From Candidatus Poribacteria bacterium (GTDB taxonomy: Bacteria; Poribacteria; WGA-4E; WGA-3G): a stretch of 64,000 nt of DNA. The translations under genes were made by a program, and so were the position numbers. Each line of letters opens with the position of its first letter. Position 1 is the first letter of the stretch. Below the pieces are notes generated by a model. That model made no database searches, had not been told where the DNA came from, and saw only the letters and a list, made by a program, of their open reading frames with translations. This document shows, piece after piece, positions 38,601 to 48,395 of this stretch. Location: positions 3,040,001 through 3,104,000 of the forward strand of contig OZ242029.1 of assembly GCA_965205015.1 (NCBI GenBank), in the 5' to 3' direction.

Positions 38601-39440
38601 TTAATGATAAAGGAAAAGTGGAATCGTTGTTTCCTGGATCAAATGCTGTGTAACACTGCCCACGAAAAACTCACGGACGCTTTTTCTGCCGTATGCTCCC
38701 ATCACCAACATATCAATGTCATTCTCAGCAATATAGGATTTGACGGCGGTATCGGGATGTCCACTTCGCGTCGCGAGATTCGGTTTAATCCCGTAACTCT
38801 CAAAGAATTCCCCAAGATTGTCTAATAATCCTTGTGCGGTTTCAGAATCATCATTGACGGTAAGAAGTGTTATATCACAGGCGTTCCATATATTCAGCAG
38901 CAGGAACATGTGCACGGCTTTAGAAGCCGGAACACTATTATCATAGGCAACAAGGACCTTCTTAATTTCGCGCACTGAATCCGGCACAGCGAGGACAGGC
39001 GTGAGTCCATTCTTCAAAATACGCTCAAGTGTCCCATAAGTTTCATTGGCACTGTATTCAAAAAACGTCCGCTTTCCAATTACGATGAAATCGTGAAATT
39101 TGGATTCCTCAATAATTTCGGAGAAAGGACTGCCAGTATCGGCGTGTAAAACGGCATTTATCTGCCGATCATCGCAGATACGTGCAAAATCATCAAGAAT
39201 TGCTTTTGCCTTTTCTTCTGTCTCCTCGAGTTGCTGATCTTCACGTTGGATATCATAATGTGCCGCACCGACCGGCACGGGTCCACTTGAAGCTTGAATC
39301 CCGGGTTGATCAATGATGGCAACGCCTGTAATTGTCGCATTGTGGTAGCGCGCAAGCTGGCAGGCGTATTCAATCGCCGCTTGTGCATAGGCAGAGCCAT
39401 CTAAACCGAGTAGAATTTTAGAAAAGTTTGAATGTTCCAT
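38601..39440 (-). CDS. Tandem-domain universal stress protein
   Basis: KILLGLDGS, KVLVAYDNS and MGAYG....FFVGSVT motifs. Confidence 0.9.
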   Translation of the reverse strand: MEHSNFSKILLGLDGSAYAQAAIEYACQLARYHNATITGVAIIDQPGIQASSGPVPVGAAHYDIQREDQQLEETEEKAKAILDDFARICDDRQINAVLHADTGSPFSEIIEESKFHDFIVIGKRTFFEYSANETYGTLERILKNGLTPVLAVPDSVREIKKVLVAYDNSVPASKAVHMFLLLNIWNACDITLLTVNDDSETAQGLLDNLGEFFESYGIKPNLATRSGHPDTAVKSYIAENDIDMLVMGAYGRKSVREFFVGSVTQHLIQETTIPLFLYH

Positions 39441-39570
39441 TTAAAATTTCTCCTCTACAGTTATCAGTAGATTAACAGTAACGTGACCTACATATAGTTA
39501 ACGTCCTTTTCGCTGATTGTGGTGCAGGTCTCCGCGTGTGGGCTTATGGGACAGTGTTGGTTGCTGCTTG

Positions 39571-40701
39571 CTACGAAAAAAAGGGCAGCGACACAACTGT
39601 GCCATCAACATGTCCATCTGAGGTCTCGATTTGGACCCGACTGCCTGCTTCCGTAACTGCCATCCGAACGTAACCGAGAGCGATTGACTTTCCGAGTGTC
39701 GGGGCAAAGGTAGCACTCGTAATCCAACCGACCTCTTTGTCGTCGTTGAAAACCCGCGCGTCTGGACGAAGGCGTCGCGAGCTGGTGTTCGCGCCGACAG
39801 ATGAATCAGGATCAACCTCAATACCGCGCAAGAGCCGATTTGGGTGTCCCCGATACTTCATACGCGCGACGATTTCCTGTCCAATATAACACCCCTTCTC
39901 AAAGTCGATAGCGTGTTCTAACTCAGCCTCAAGCGGGATAACGGAATCTGTCAATTCTGCGCCATATCTCGGCACACCTGCTTCAATGCGGAGCGACTCA
40001 AGGGCATTCCAACCGATCGGTTGGACATCAAAACGTGCGCCCTCGGCCATCAATATTTCCCAAAGCGGTACTAACGCTTCGGCAGCGGTGTAAAGGGTCC
40101 AACCCATCTCGCCGGTGTTATCCGTTCGCACACAGACAATTGCGTGTTGAAAAAGCGCGTCTGCTTCACGAAAGCAGTTAGACCGCTCGGGCAGCGCAGC
40201 GAGTTCGTCTATACCGAGCACAGATTGTACAAGGTCCACTGATTTCGGACCGTGAACGGCAATCGCCCCAGTTTCAGCGGTTACATCGGAAAATTCCACA
40301 TCATCAGCGATAATATACTTATCTAATTCGTTGAAAAGGCTTTCTGTGGTTTCAGGGGCGGTGTCAATACCGATTGCGTTCTCAAGGACAGAGATATTCA
40401 TATCCGCTATAATTTTGCCACGATGCGTTAAAAGTGTGGCGTAGGTGCCCTGTCCAGTTGAGAGACTTTCAACATTATTGGAAATGATACGATGTAGAAA
40501 TTTCGCTCGGTCTTCACCTGTTAACCGATGTCTCCCTCGATAGGACACGTCAGCGATACCGACACTATTTCTGACAGCATGATGTTCGGAAACAGGATCG
40601 GTGAACTCGGTGGCGATATTCCAATCTGCATGCTTTTTCTCGAAGACTGCACCGAGTTGTTCATGAATAGAATAAAGTGGTGTTGTTTTCATTTTTTTCA
40701 C
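39571..40701 (-). CDS. Aminomethyltransferase family (GcvT/YgfZ) folate-binding protein
   Basis: TPLYSIH and EHHAVRNSVG GcvT-like start; KGCYIGQE YgfZ motif. Confidence 0.88.
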   Translation of the reverse strand: MKKMKTTPLYSIHEQLGAVFEKKHADWNIATEFTDPVSEHHAVRNSVGIADVSYRGRHRLTGEDRAKFLHRIISNNVESLSTGQGTYATLLTHRGKIIADMNISVLENAIGIDTAPETTESLFNELDKYIIADDVEFSDVTAETGAIAVHGPKSVDLVQSVLGIDELAALPERSNCFREADALFQHAIVCVRTDNTGEMGWTLYTAAEALVPLWEILMAEGARFDVQPIGWNALESLRIEAGVPRYGAELTDSVIPLEAELEHAIDFEKGCYIGQEIVARMKYRGHPNRLLRGIEVDPDSSVGANTSSRRLRPDARVFNDDKEVGWITSATFAPTLGKSIALGYVRMAVTEAGSRVQIETSDGHVDGTVVSLPFFS

Positions 40702-40796
40702 CAGGGTTCTTGTAATTTATGTGATTTACTATGATGAAATCCCGGATAATCATATAAATCGTAGTTCAGACTTTAGCCGATGGTTTTCGACAGTTA

Positions 40797-43700
40797 CTAA
40801 AACATACGTCCTAAGCGTAAAGTGATGCTCGGAGTTCGCAAAGAAAAAGATGCGTTGAGGGGTTCCGCCACTTCAAGAGCGAGACTCCACGGTGTGGGAT
40901 TCCCGAATGGGTCTACGAAAACGGAGCATCCGACCCCGATTGATGTTTTCAATCGCGTCATGAAATCTTCAAGATCGGAAAAGGGGACCTCATCATACCA
41001 CCATACCCGCCCCACATCCAAGAAGCAGCTGAGTGTCCACCCGAACACGGCATCTTGTTCGTTGAAAGTTGTCTCTTTGATAAGTCGATACTCAAGGTTA
41101 AGCAGGAGCCGATTATCCCCAGCGAACACATTAGAATCGTAACCACGCAAGGTATTCCCCCCTCCAAGGTGAAGGAGGTGTTGCCTTGGCAAAGGCGCAT
41201 CGGAAAAATCACCCGCAATCCGGACGTTCAGGTGGTGCGAACCCGATAGGGGTGTATAGCGTGCCAACTCGAATCGATAGAAATTGAAGTCGTAATCGCC
41301 TCCAAAACCTTGTCCTGCTATTTCAACTGCGAATTGACCCCGCCACCCGCGTTGGGTCCGCTCATTTGCCGAAAACAGCGTATGAAAATGTCGGAGGGTT
41401 GTAGACCTGTGATCCCGCGTATCAAACGCGTAAACGAGAGAAAGCGTTCTCGATTGTCCACGTTTAATTCTCGGATTGCCCCGCTTGATCCGATTCCGAT
41501 TTAGGTAACTCCAATCCGTAGATTTGGAAAGGTTGTCGTGCCTTTCCCCAGTAAACTCCAGTCTAAGATACGACCCCTCTGATGGCGCGTAGGTTATCCA
41601 TCCCTGTGCGCCTTGACGTTGATAATAATCCTGAAGTGCTGAACCATAATAGCTGGCACTCAGAGAAGCCTCACCTTGATGTAGATAGAGATTAGAACTG
41701 ACATCGGTGAGTTTATAGAAGCCCCCTCCGAATTTGAGGCGCTGCCGTTTAAAGAACCCCTTCTCGATACCGGCGTGGTAGTTCCATATTTTGCTGGAAA
41801 ATCCACGACTTATTCCGCCGAAAACCTGTTCTTTACCCGTGAGCTGCGTCGAGAGTGTCCCTCCTGCGCCAAGCATTAATCCGTGAACACGATTGAATTG
41901 GAGGATCGGGAACCCCCCGGGTCTCGCGAAGGGCTGCTCTTCAATGTCAATAATCATGACGTTTTTTCCACCCTCACGTTGAACGTGCCAATTCCGAACC
42001 GATTTGAAATGCTCACTGTTTTTGCTGAGTTCCTGGCGCATACCGTTTATCTTCGATTGCCCCAGGGCATGATGGTAGATATCCGGGGCTTGTGAATCCC
42101 CTGCGCCATCACCATTTCGAGTGTTTAGGTTAAGTGCTGACAACAGTTCCGCCCGCGGGATTCGACTGTTTCCTGTAAAACGGATCTCGTGGAGTGTTCC
42201 CTCGTCAATGCTAAATTCGAGTACATTGTTGTCCTGTCGATGTGTAACAGTGGCGAATTCATATCCACGATTTGAATAAAAATCCGCAATTAATTGTTGC
42301 TTCAATCTAACAACGTCAACAGCAAGATAGCCAGATTCTAACTGAAACCATTCCTTGATGAACCGTGAAGGGAAACTTCTGTTTCCTTCGATCTTAATTT
42401 GCTGTGCAGAAAGCAGGGGGACCTCCGTAACTCGGATGTGCAAACTGACGCTTGGAACGGAATCGGTTGGAAGGTTGGAAGAAGGAAAGGTTGGTTGCCC
42501 TTCCCCGCCTTCCAGTCCGCCATTCTTCCCCGCTTGTCTCCCAGTCTTTTGCTGATGGCGGATCCCTTCTTCGTCAGCCCCCTTGACCTGTTTCGTTTCC
42601 AAGCGCACATCTTGAAACCAACCGTGTTCCCCCAATTCTGAGATTAACCAAGAAAGCTGTGGACTTGTGATAACGTCTCCGGGCTGAATGGGAAGGGACT
42701 GTTGAACAACCTCAGTCGGAATAGTGGTGTTGCCTTTGATTTCAATGGCGACGACCTTGAATTTCGCTTCGGATACAAAGTCTTCGGAGGCGGTTGGTGT
42801 CGCGACGAATTCCAAGATCCCCATCGCAGGACCCTGACGTCCTGAAAGGGGTCCCGTATACTCTTGTGGCGAGTGCGGCCACCACGGACGCTCGGTATCG
42901 TAAATCGGCAGCCAATAGCTATATTCTCTGGACGTCGCCGGAATAAGGCTTTTCATATTGCTACTGTGCATCTTACGATGGATGTTAAAAAGCCACTTGT
43001 TTTCAAAAGAGAGCGTTGACTGTGGATCGGTCTTCGGTGAAGGTTCCAACATTTTACGTGGCAAAGCGACCTCAAGGCTCCAAAAAGTAGCGTTAATTTG
43101 ACTTGCTATTTTCGCATTTGAATCCCACGCCCTGTCCGCATTAAACGCCGTTTGCATCGTTTTCCGATTTAAAGTGCGTTGGACATCATGAGGCGCGAAC
43201 TGGAAACTCGGTTCTCCGGATGTATTCACCTGCTGATCAAAGAACGCGCGAATCGGGTTAATAACAAGATGATAATAGACATCCGTTTTCGGGTTCGGAT
43301 CGATCAGAAGTTCAATACACTCGTCTTCCCAAATGGGTGAATCCTGCTGGGTCTGTGAAATATAGGGAAGAAACGCGTCAGCGATGTGCGCCTTTACACC
43401 GACATAGAAATTCTCGGCATCCCACATTAAAAGCGTTTCGGTTGCGTTGCTTGGAACATCGGTGCCATCTGGGTTTTGGAACGGAGAGAGTCGAGCGGCT
43501 GCTTGCCATACAATTTCAGATAAATTTCCATCAATCGTGGGGGGCTGTGCGACTTGCGGTACGGGGTGAACGAAATCTATGGTGAGGTCCATTTCAGCAT
43601 CTGTGGATGTATTTCCGCCGCTTGGTGAGTGCTGTAGCAGTGAGATCGCGTTCGTGGCTTTCAACCGAAACAGGGGTCCACCGCCGTTAATAATGGTGAG

Positions 43701-44672
43701 TCCCGTTGCTTCGTCAAATTGTGCGGGCACATTGACAACGATCTGCTGTTTTTCACTTTCAAGTTCAATGTCGGCGGCATAATTTTCAGGAAGTCGTAAA
43801 CGGATGCTACCCCCTTGTGCGGTTATATTCATCGGTGCGGCAACAGTATCGAGTATGACCACTCCAATTGTGCCATTTTGGGTCTCTAATTTGTTTTGTC
43901 CGTGGGTCAGCAAAATGTTCCCGGCAATGTTGCCCTTGGTCACACGGATGTTATAATTGCCTACGGTTTCGTCTAAATGGACGTTCCCTGTTTCTGTCGA
44001 CGTTTCTATCTTTCCACGGATACGCTGAAGGGATATATCTCCGGTTTTGGTGCGGAGTTTAACAGAGACATCCGCTGGCGTTTTAATGGTACATTTCAGT
44101 TGGAGTCCATCATAGCGGCCTGCTTGTAACGCTTCCGTATGAGAAAGCGAGTTCGGCTGTGTGTCAGAAGAATTGCCTGGGAGTTGTATCCTTAACTGAA
44201 GTGTGTCATCGCTTTGGGTTCCTGTAAGGGTGATGTTATCAAGATAATCGCGAATCAGAGCGTTCTGTTTTGTATTTGTGGTTTCCCGTGCCTGCTTCTC
44301 AAGCGTAACCGTGATGACATTGCCCTCTGTGGCAATCAGTTCAATATTACCCGATACCTGTAGGCTGAGTTCGATATGATAAACATCTTCAAAACTGAAG
44401 GTTTCTGTTGATGTTGTCCCGAATATCAACGGCTGGGTTTCGCGAATTGAATCCTTGACGGGTGGAGGGGATGTACTTCCCGCGCCTTCATGATCCGCTG
44501 CATATATCTGCTGGACAGGTAGATTCAGCGTGAGCATGAAAAGATAAAATAGATATGCGTAAGAGAAAATCGCGCGAGATATGGGCAACATTCCGGGGAG
44601 GTTCCTTTTTAATCCAGCATACCTGATTTGCAATATCGGTTTGCAAACCCTGACGACAGAATTACTTGACAC
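40797..44672 (-). CDS. DUF4097-like + CBM9-like + POTRA + Omp85/BamA fusion protein
   Basis: GDI/GNV beta repeats; PTIDGNLSE..W, WEDECIE and WSLEVALP; three I.GN..I/F POTRA starts; LRGY, FLDVG, terminal Phe; start uncertain. Confidence 0.75.
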   Translation of the reverse strand: MSSNSVVRVCKPILQIRYAGLKRNLPGMLPISRAIFSYAYLFYLFMLTLNLPVQQIYAADHEGAGSTSPPPVKDSIRETQPLIFGTTSTETFSFEDVYHIELSLQVSGNIELIATEGNVITVTLEKQARETTNTKQNALIRDYLDNITLTGTQSDDTLQLRIQLPGNSSDTQPNSLSHTEALQAGRYDGLQLKCTIKTPADVSVKLRTKTGDISLQRIRGKIETSTETGNVHLDETVGNYNIRVTKGNIAGNILLTHGQNKLETQNGTIGVVILDTVAAPMNITAQGGSIRLRLPENYAADIELESEKQQIVVNVPAQFDEATGLTIINGGGPLFRLKATNAISLLQHSPSGGNTSTDAEMDLTIDFVHPVPQVAQPPTIDGNLSEIVWQAAARLSPFQNPDGTDVPSNATETLLMWDAENFYVGVKAHIADAFLPYISQTQQDSPIWEDECIELLIDPNPKTDVYYHLVINPIRAFFDQQVNTSGEPSFQFAPHDVQRTLNRKTMQTAFNADRAWDSNAKIASQINATFWSLEVALPRKMLEPSPKTDPQSTLSFENKWLFNIHRKMHSSNMKSLIPATSREYSYWLPIYDTERPWWPHSPQEYTGPLSGRQGPAMGILEFVATPTASEDFVSEAKFKVVAIEIKGNTTIPTEVVQQSLPIQPGDVITSPQLSWLISELGEHGWFQDVRLETKQVKGADEEGIRHQQKTGRQAGKNGGLEGGEGQPTFPSSNLPTDSVPSVSLHIRVTEVPLLSAQQIKIEGNRSFPSRFIKEWFQLESGYLAVDVVRLKQQLIADFYSNRGYEFATVTHRQDNNVLEFSIDEGTLHEIRFTGNSRIPRAELLSALNLNTRNGDGAGDSQAPDIYHHALGQSKINGMRQELSKNSEHFKSVRNWHVQREGGKNVMIIDIEEQPFARPGGFPILQFNRVHGLMLGAGGTLSTQLTGKEQVFGGISRGFSSKIWNYHAGIEKGFFKRQRLKFGGGFYKLTDVSSNLYLHQGEASLSASYYGSALQDYYQRQGAQGWITYAPSEGSYLRLEFTGERHDNLSKSTDWSYLNRNRIKRGNPRIKRGQSRTLSLVYAFDTRDHRSTTLRHFHTLFSANERTQRGWRGQFAVEIAGQGFGGDYDFNFYRFELARYTPLSGSHHLNVRIAGDFSDAPLPRQHLLHLGGGNTLRGYDSNVFAGDNRLLLNLEYRLIKETTFNEQDAVFGWTLSCFLDVGRVWWYDEVPFSDLEDFMTRLKTSIGVGCSVFVDPFGNPTPWSLALEVAEPLNASFSLRTPSITLRLGRMF

Positions 44673-44818
44673 ATTTAAAATAATACTTTATACTTATTAG
44701 AAAAGTCAAGCAGTTTTTTCGTATCCTTTATCGCGACCGTAGCGTTTTGAAAACAAAGCGATCAAGGGCAATTTTTGTAACGGAATGAAAGAAAAAACGT
44801 TGCGTACAGGAGAAGCAG

Positions 44819-45874
44819 ATGAGCGAACCCGTTAAAAAAGGAACAACAGAATATTGTTTCTCTTTCGGACCGTGGAATATACATGAGGGAACAGACCCTT
44901 TTGGACCCCCTGTTCGGGAGGCGTTCAGTTTTGATGAAAAGGTTGGATTTTATCGCGATCTCGGTTTTGTTGGGATTCAATTTCATGATGATGACATTGT
45001 GCCGGATATTGACGAGAAAACACACGCGCAACTGATAGCGCGAACGAAAACCGTCAAAAAACAGATTGACGACCACGGTTTGACGGCAGAAGTGGTGGCA
45101 CCGCGATTGTGGGAGTCTCCACAGACGATCGATGGGGCTTACACTTCTAATTCCGCCAAGGAAAGACACTATGCCCTGGAACGTTCGAAACGGTGTGTGG
45201 ATATTGCGAACGAGATAGGGTGTAAAAATCTCGTGTTATGGCTTGCCCGCGAAGGGACCTACATCCGGGAAACCAAAGACGCAGCAGGCGCAGTTGGACA
45301 AATTTTGGAAGCAATGAACGCCTTACTCGCGTACGATCCAGACATCCGAATCCTGATAGAACCCAAACCGAATGAACCGATGGACATCGCTTATATTCCG
45401 ACCATTGGACACGCGATCGGGTTAGCCTATGCGAGCGACGCACCGGAACGCGTCGGCGGGTTAATCGAAAGTGCACACGCGATTCTCGCAGGTTTGGAAC
45501 CGTCCGATGAGATGGGATATGCGCTTTATCATCAGAAGCTTTGGAGCGTCCATCTCAACGATCAGAATGGGTTAAAATTCGACCAAGATAAGGCGTTCGG
45601 TTCCGTGAATCTGCGGCGTGCGTTTAATCAGGTGCGGGTCCTGGAAGAGAACGGATACGGTAGAAACGGTGAATTCATTGGATTAGATGTGAAGGTCATG
45701 CGGACCCAACCGCGTGACATTTCAACCAAACACTTATTGAGCAGTCGCAGAACCTTCCTTAATCTACTCGAAAAAGTCCGAACGTTTGACAAAGGGGTCG
45801 AACAGGAATTTATCACAGCCAAAGACTACGAAGGTTTGGACTTCTACATCCTTGAACACCTTCTCGGAGCGTAA
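44819..45874 (+). CDS. xylA: Xylose isomerase-like enzyme
   Basis: FHDDD, WLAREG, IEPKPNEP, ESAH and HLNDQ..KFDQD motifs. Confidence 0.75.
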   Translation: MSEPVKKGTTEYCFSFGPWNIHEGTDPFGPPVREAFSFDEKVGFYRDLGFVGIQFHDDDIVPDIDEKTHAQLIARTKTVKKQIDDHGLTAEVVAPRLWESPQTIDGAYTSNSAKERHYALERSKRCVDIANEIGCKNLVLWLAREGTYIRETKDAAGAVGQILEAMNALLAYDPDIRILIEPKPNEPMDIAYIPTIGHAIGLAYASDAPERVGGLIESAHAILAGLEPSDEMGYALYHQKLWSVHLNDQNGLKFDQDKAFGSVNLRRAFNQVRVLEENGYGRNGEFIGLDVKVMRTQPRDISTKHLLSSRRTFLNLLEKVRTFDKGVEQEFITAKDYEGLDFYILEHLLGA

Positions 45875-45949
45875 GGCTCGTTAGAGGCGTGTGTATAAAC
45901 GCTCTCACTCAACGAAGAGGAATAAAGGCGGCAGAGGACAAAAACAGAC

Positions 45950-46600
45950 ATGACAACGGATAAGAGCCTTCTACACGAGGCGGATGCCCCGTGTTATCAA
46001 GCAGTGATGCTTGTGGGTCCCCCTGGTGTCGGCAAGGGAACACAAGGGAAGATGCTGGCACAAATCCCTGGTGTTTTCCACGTCTCCAGTGGGGATATGT
46101 TCCGCGAACTTGATGTCAATTCGAAATGCGGGCAGATTTTCCAACAATACGCAGGCATCGGTAAATTAGTTCCAGATCCGATTACAATCAAAATCTGGCA
46201 AGACTACATGGCGGCAAAGGTCCGCGAACAGGTCTACGCGCCGGAAAACGATCTGCTGATTCTGGATGGTATCCCACGCAATATCGCGCAAGCGGGTCTG
46301 ATAGCACCTTACATAAAACTGTTTAAGGTGATCTATATGGTTTGCGAAGACCGGGAAGTGATGTTTAGACGCATCCGGGGCCGTGCTTTGAAAGAAAATC
46401 GGATCGACGATTCCGAAGAGATCGTGGTTCGCTATCGGTGGGATGTCTACAAACGGGAAACCGAGCCCTTGATTGATTACTACCCTCAAGATATGATTCG
46501 AATCATTGATGCCGATGCGACTGCAGCGGATGTACTCCATCAAATCCTATCAACGATTGTGCCTATCCAAAAGAATTATTTCAAGCCCCCGATTATGTAA
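45950..46600 (+). CDS. adk: Adenylate kinase family, short-LID type
   Basis: GPPGVGKGTQ, SSGDMFR, LDGIPR and RIDD motifs. Confidence 0.75.
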   Translation: MTTDKSLLHEADAPCYQAVMLVGPPGVGKGTQGKMLAQIPGVFHVSSGDMFRELDVNSKCGQIFQQYAGIGKLVPDPITIKIWQDYMAAKVREQVYAPENDLLILDGIPRNIAQAGLIAPYIKLFKVIYMVCEDREVMFRRIRGRALKENRIDDSEEIVVRYRWDVYKRETEPLIDYYPQDMIRIIDADATAADVLHQILSTIVPIQKNYFKPPIM

Positions 46601-46697
46601 GTCAGGATCCTCCGATGAGAAACGCCTTAAACTGTCGCGAGGCACCTGAAAATCCTATCGCCTCGGTGGGTAGTATTCTTCGTTCAAGGAACAAAAA

Positions 46698-48290
46698 ATG
46701 AGAAGTTTTGGGACCCAAGGTCGCGTGCGTCCGGAACAGCATTATATCGTCCCCCGAACAGCGCAAGTCGCCGATTTCATCACCCGCATTAGAGCCGGAA
46801 AATACATCGTCCTCTTCGCGCCCCGGCAGACCGGTAAGACAACCTTTTTCCGATTGGCTCTTGACAGACTCGCTGCGGAGGATCCAACCTATCTCGCCAT
46901 CCACCTCAATTTCGAGGTATATGAAGACTATTCTGCGGCTGACTTTTACAGCCACCTCTACGAAGATATTTGTGAGGAAATCGAAAACGTTTTTCAAAAG
47001 CGCGGAACAGAACCCACTGACGCTTTAACTCAATTTTTAGAGAACACACAACTGACGGATCATGTCTCCATGAGAAGATTTTTTACGCGTTTCGGGCGTT
47101 TCCTGAAGAACCAGCGGGTTGTTGTCATTATTGACGAGTTTGATGGTATCCCGCAGGCCGCTGTGAAGGGTTTTCTGCATGCCCTCCGACAGATCTACCT
47201 TTCCGATGAACGCCTGTGTCCCTACAGTGTCGGCATTGTGGGGATCAAGAGCATCATACAACTTGATTATGACAGGTCTATCTCGCCTTTCAATATCCAA
47301 GATGAGTTCCGATTGCCGAACTTTACACTCGAAGAAGTCGGCGACCTCCTCGGACAGTATACCGACGAAGTCGGGCAACCCTTCGCACCAGAGGTGATTG
47401 AAAGTCTCCATAAACAGACTGCCGGACAACCTTTCCTTGTGAATCGATGTGCCCAAATTCTTACTGAAGAATTGGACATCCCGAAAACCGAAATCATTTC
47501 CATGACGCACTTTGCACAGGCATACAAGCAACTCCTGCGGGAACGGAACACCAACATCGATCATTTGAGAGCGAACGTCCGAAGGGACCCACGGTTTGAA
47601 AAACTCTTGATGCGTATCGTCTCTTATGAGAACGGTCTACTCTTCGATCCGGACGATGATCTCATGAACGAACTCGTTACGTATGGCGTTATCACAGAGG
47701 ATCCCGATGGGCTCTGTGAGATTGTGAATCCTATCTATCAGCATCGCATCCTGCAAATATTCAAACCGACAGTTAACGGACTTGAGAACACCTACTTCTC
47801 CGAAGACACAGGCGAGAATTTTAGGGATTACCTCACGTCCACCGGGGATCTTGAAATAGAACGACTTCTTGATAACTTCCAAGCCTTCATCGCCCGCGCC
47901 GGGTTCCGCATCTTAGAAGTGCCGGATACCCCGCAAGAATATGTCGGGCAATACCTCCTTTACGCCTATCTCGACCATTTCGTCCGTATTGTCGGTGCGG
48001 ATATGTTTCTTGAAGTTCAAACCGGACGCGGCAGAATGGACCTTCTGATTCTCCACAACCAACGCAAATACATCGTTGAGACGAAGATCTGGGAAGGCAA
48101 CCGATATTATCAATCGGGCAAAGCGCAGTTGGCGGCATATCTGAAATTGGAAGATGCGCAAGAAGGCTATTATGTCGTCTTCGATCACCGCCAGCAGCCA
48201 GCGTCGCGGGTAGAGACGGAAACCGTAGCCGGTGTGGAGATCCGGAGTTACATCATCCCTGTGCTGCAGGAACGGCCTTCAAGTAGATAG
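46698..48290 (+). CDS. AAA-like P-loop ATPase with C-terminal PD-(D/E)XK nuclease-like domain
   Basis: APRQTGKTT, IIDEFD, SPFNI and TAGQP motifs; EVQTGRGRMDLLI...IVETK. Confidence 0.85.
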   Translation: MRSFGTQGRVRPEQHYIVPRTAQVADFITRIRAGKYIVLFAPRQTGKTTFFRLALDRLAAEDPTYLAIHLNFEVYEDYSAADFYSHLYEDICEEIENVFQKRGTEPTDALTQFLENTQLTDHVSMRRFFTRFGRFLKNQRVVVIIDEFDGIPQAAVKGFLHALRQIYLSDERLCPYSVGIVGIKSIIQLDYDRSISPFNIQDEFRLPNFTLEEVGDLLGQYTDEVGQPFAPEVIESLHKQTAGQPFLVNRCAQILTEELDIPKTEIISMTHFAQAYKQLLRERNTNIDHLRANVRRDPRFEKLLMRIVSYENGLLFDPDDDLMNELVTYGVITEDPDGLCEIVNPIYQHRILQIFKPTVNGLENTYFSEDTGENFRDYLTSTGDLEIERLLDNFQAFIARAGFRILEVPDTPQEYVGQYLLYAYLDHFVRIVGADMFLEVQTGRGRMDLLILHNQRKYIVETKIWEGNRYYQSGKAQLAAYLKLEDAQEGYYVVFDHRQQPASRVETETVAGVEIRSYIIPVLQERPSSR

Positions 48291-48395
48291 TATCGTCACC
48301 ACCGGAAAAGAAAAAACTTGACAAAAGTGGACGGGAACCCCTTGGATCCGCACGCGATCCCTCTGAAGTCGCCCCATCCCGATCAGTTTTCAATA

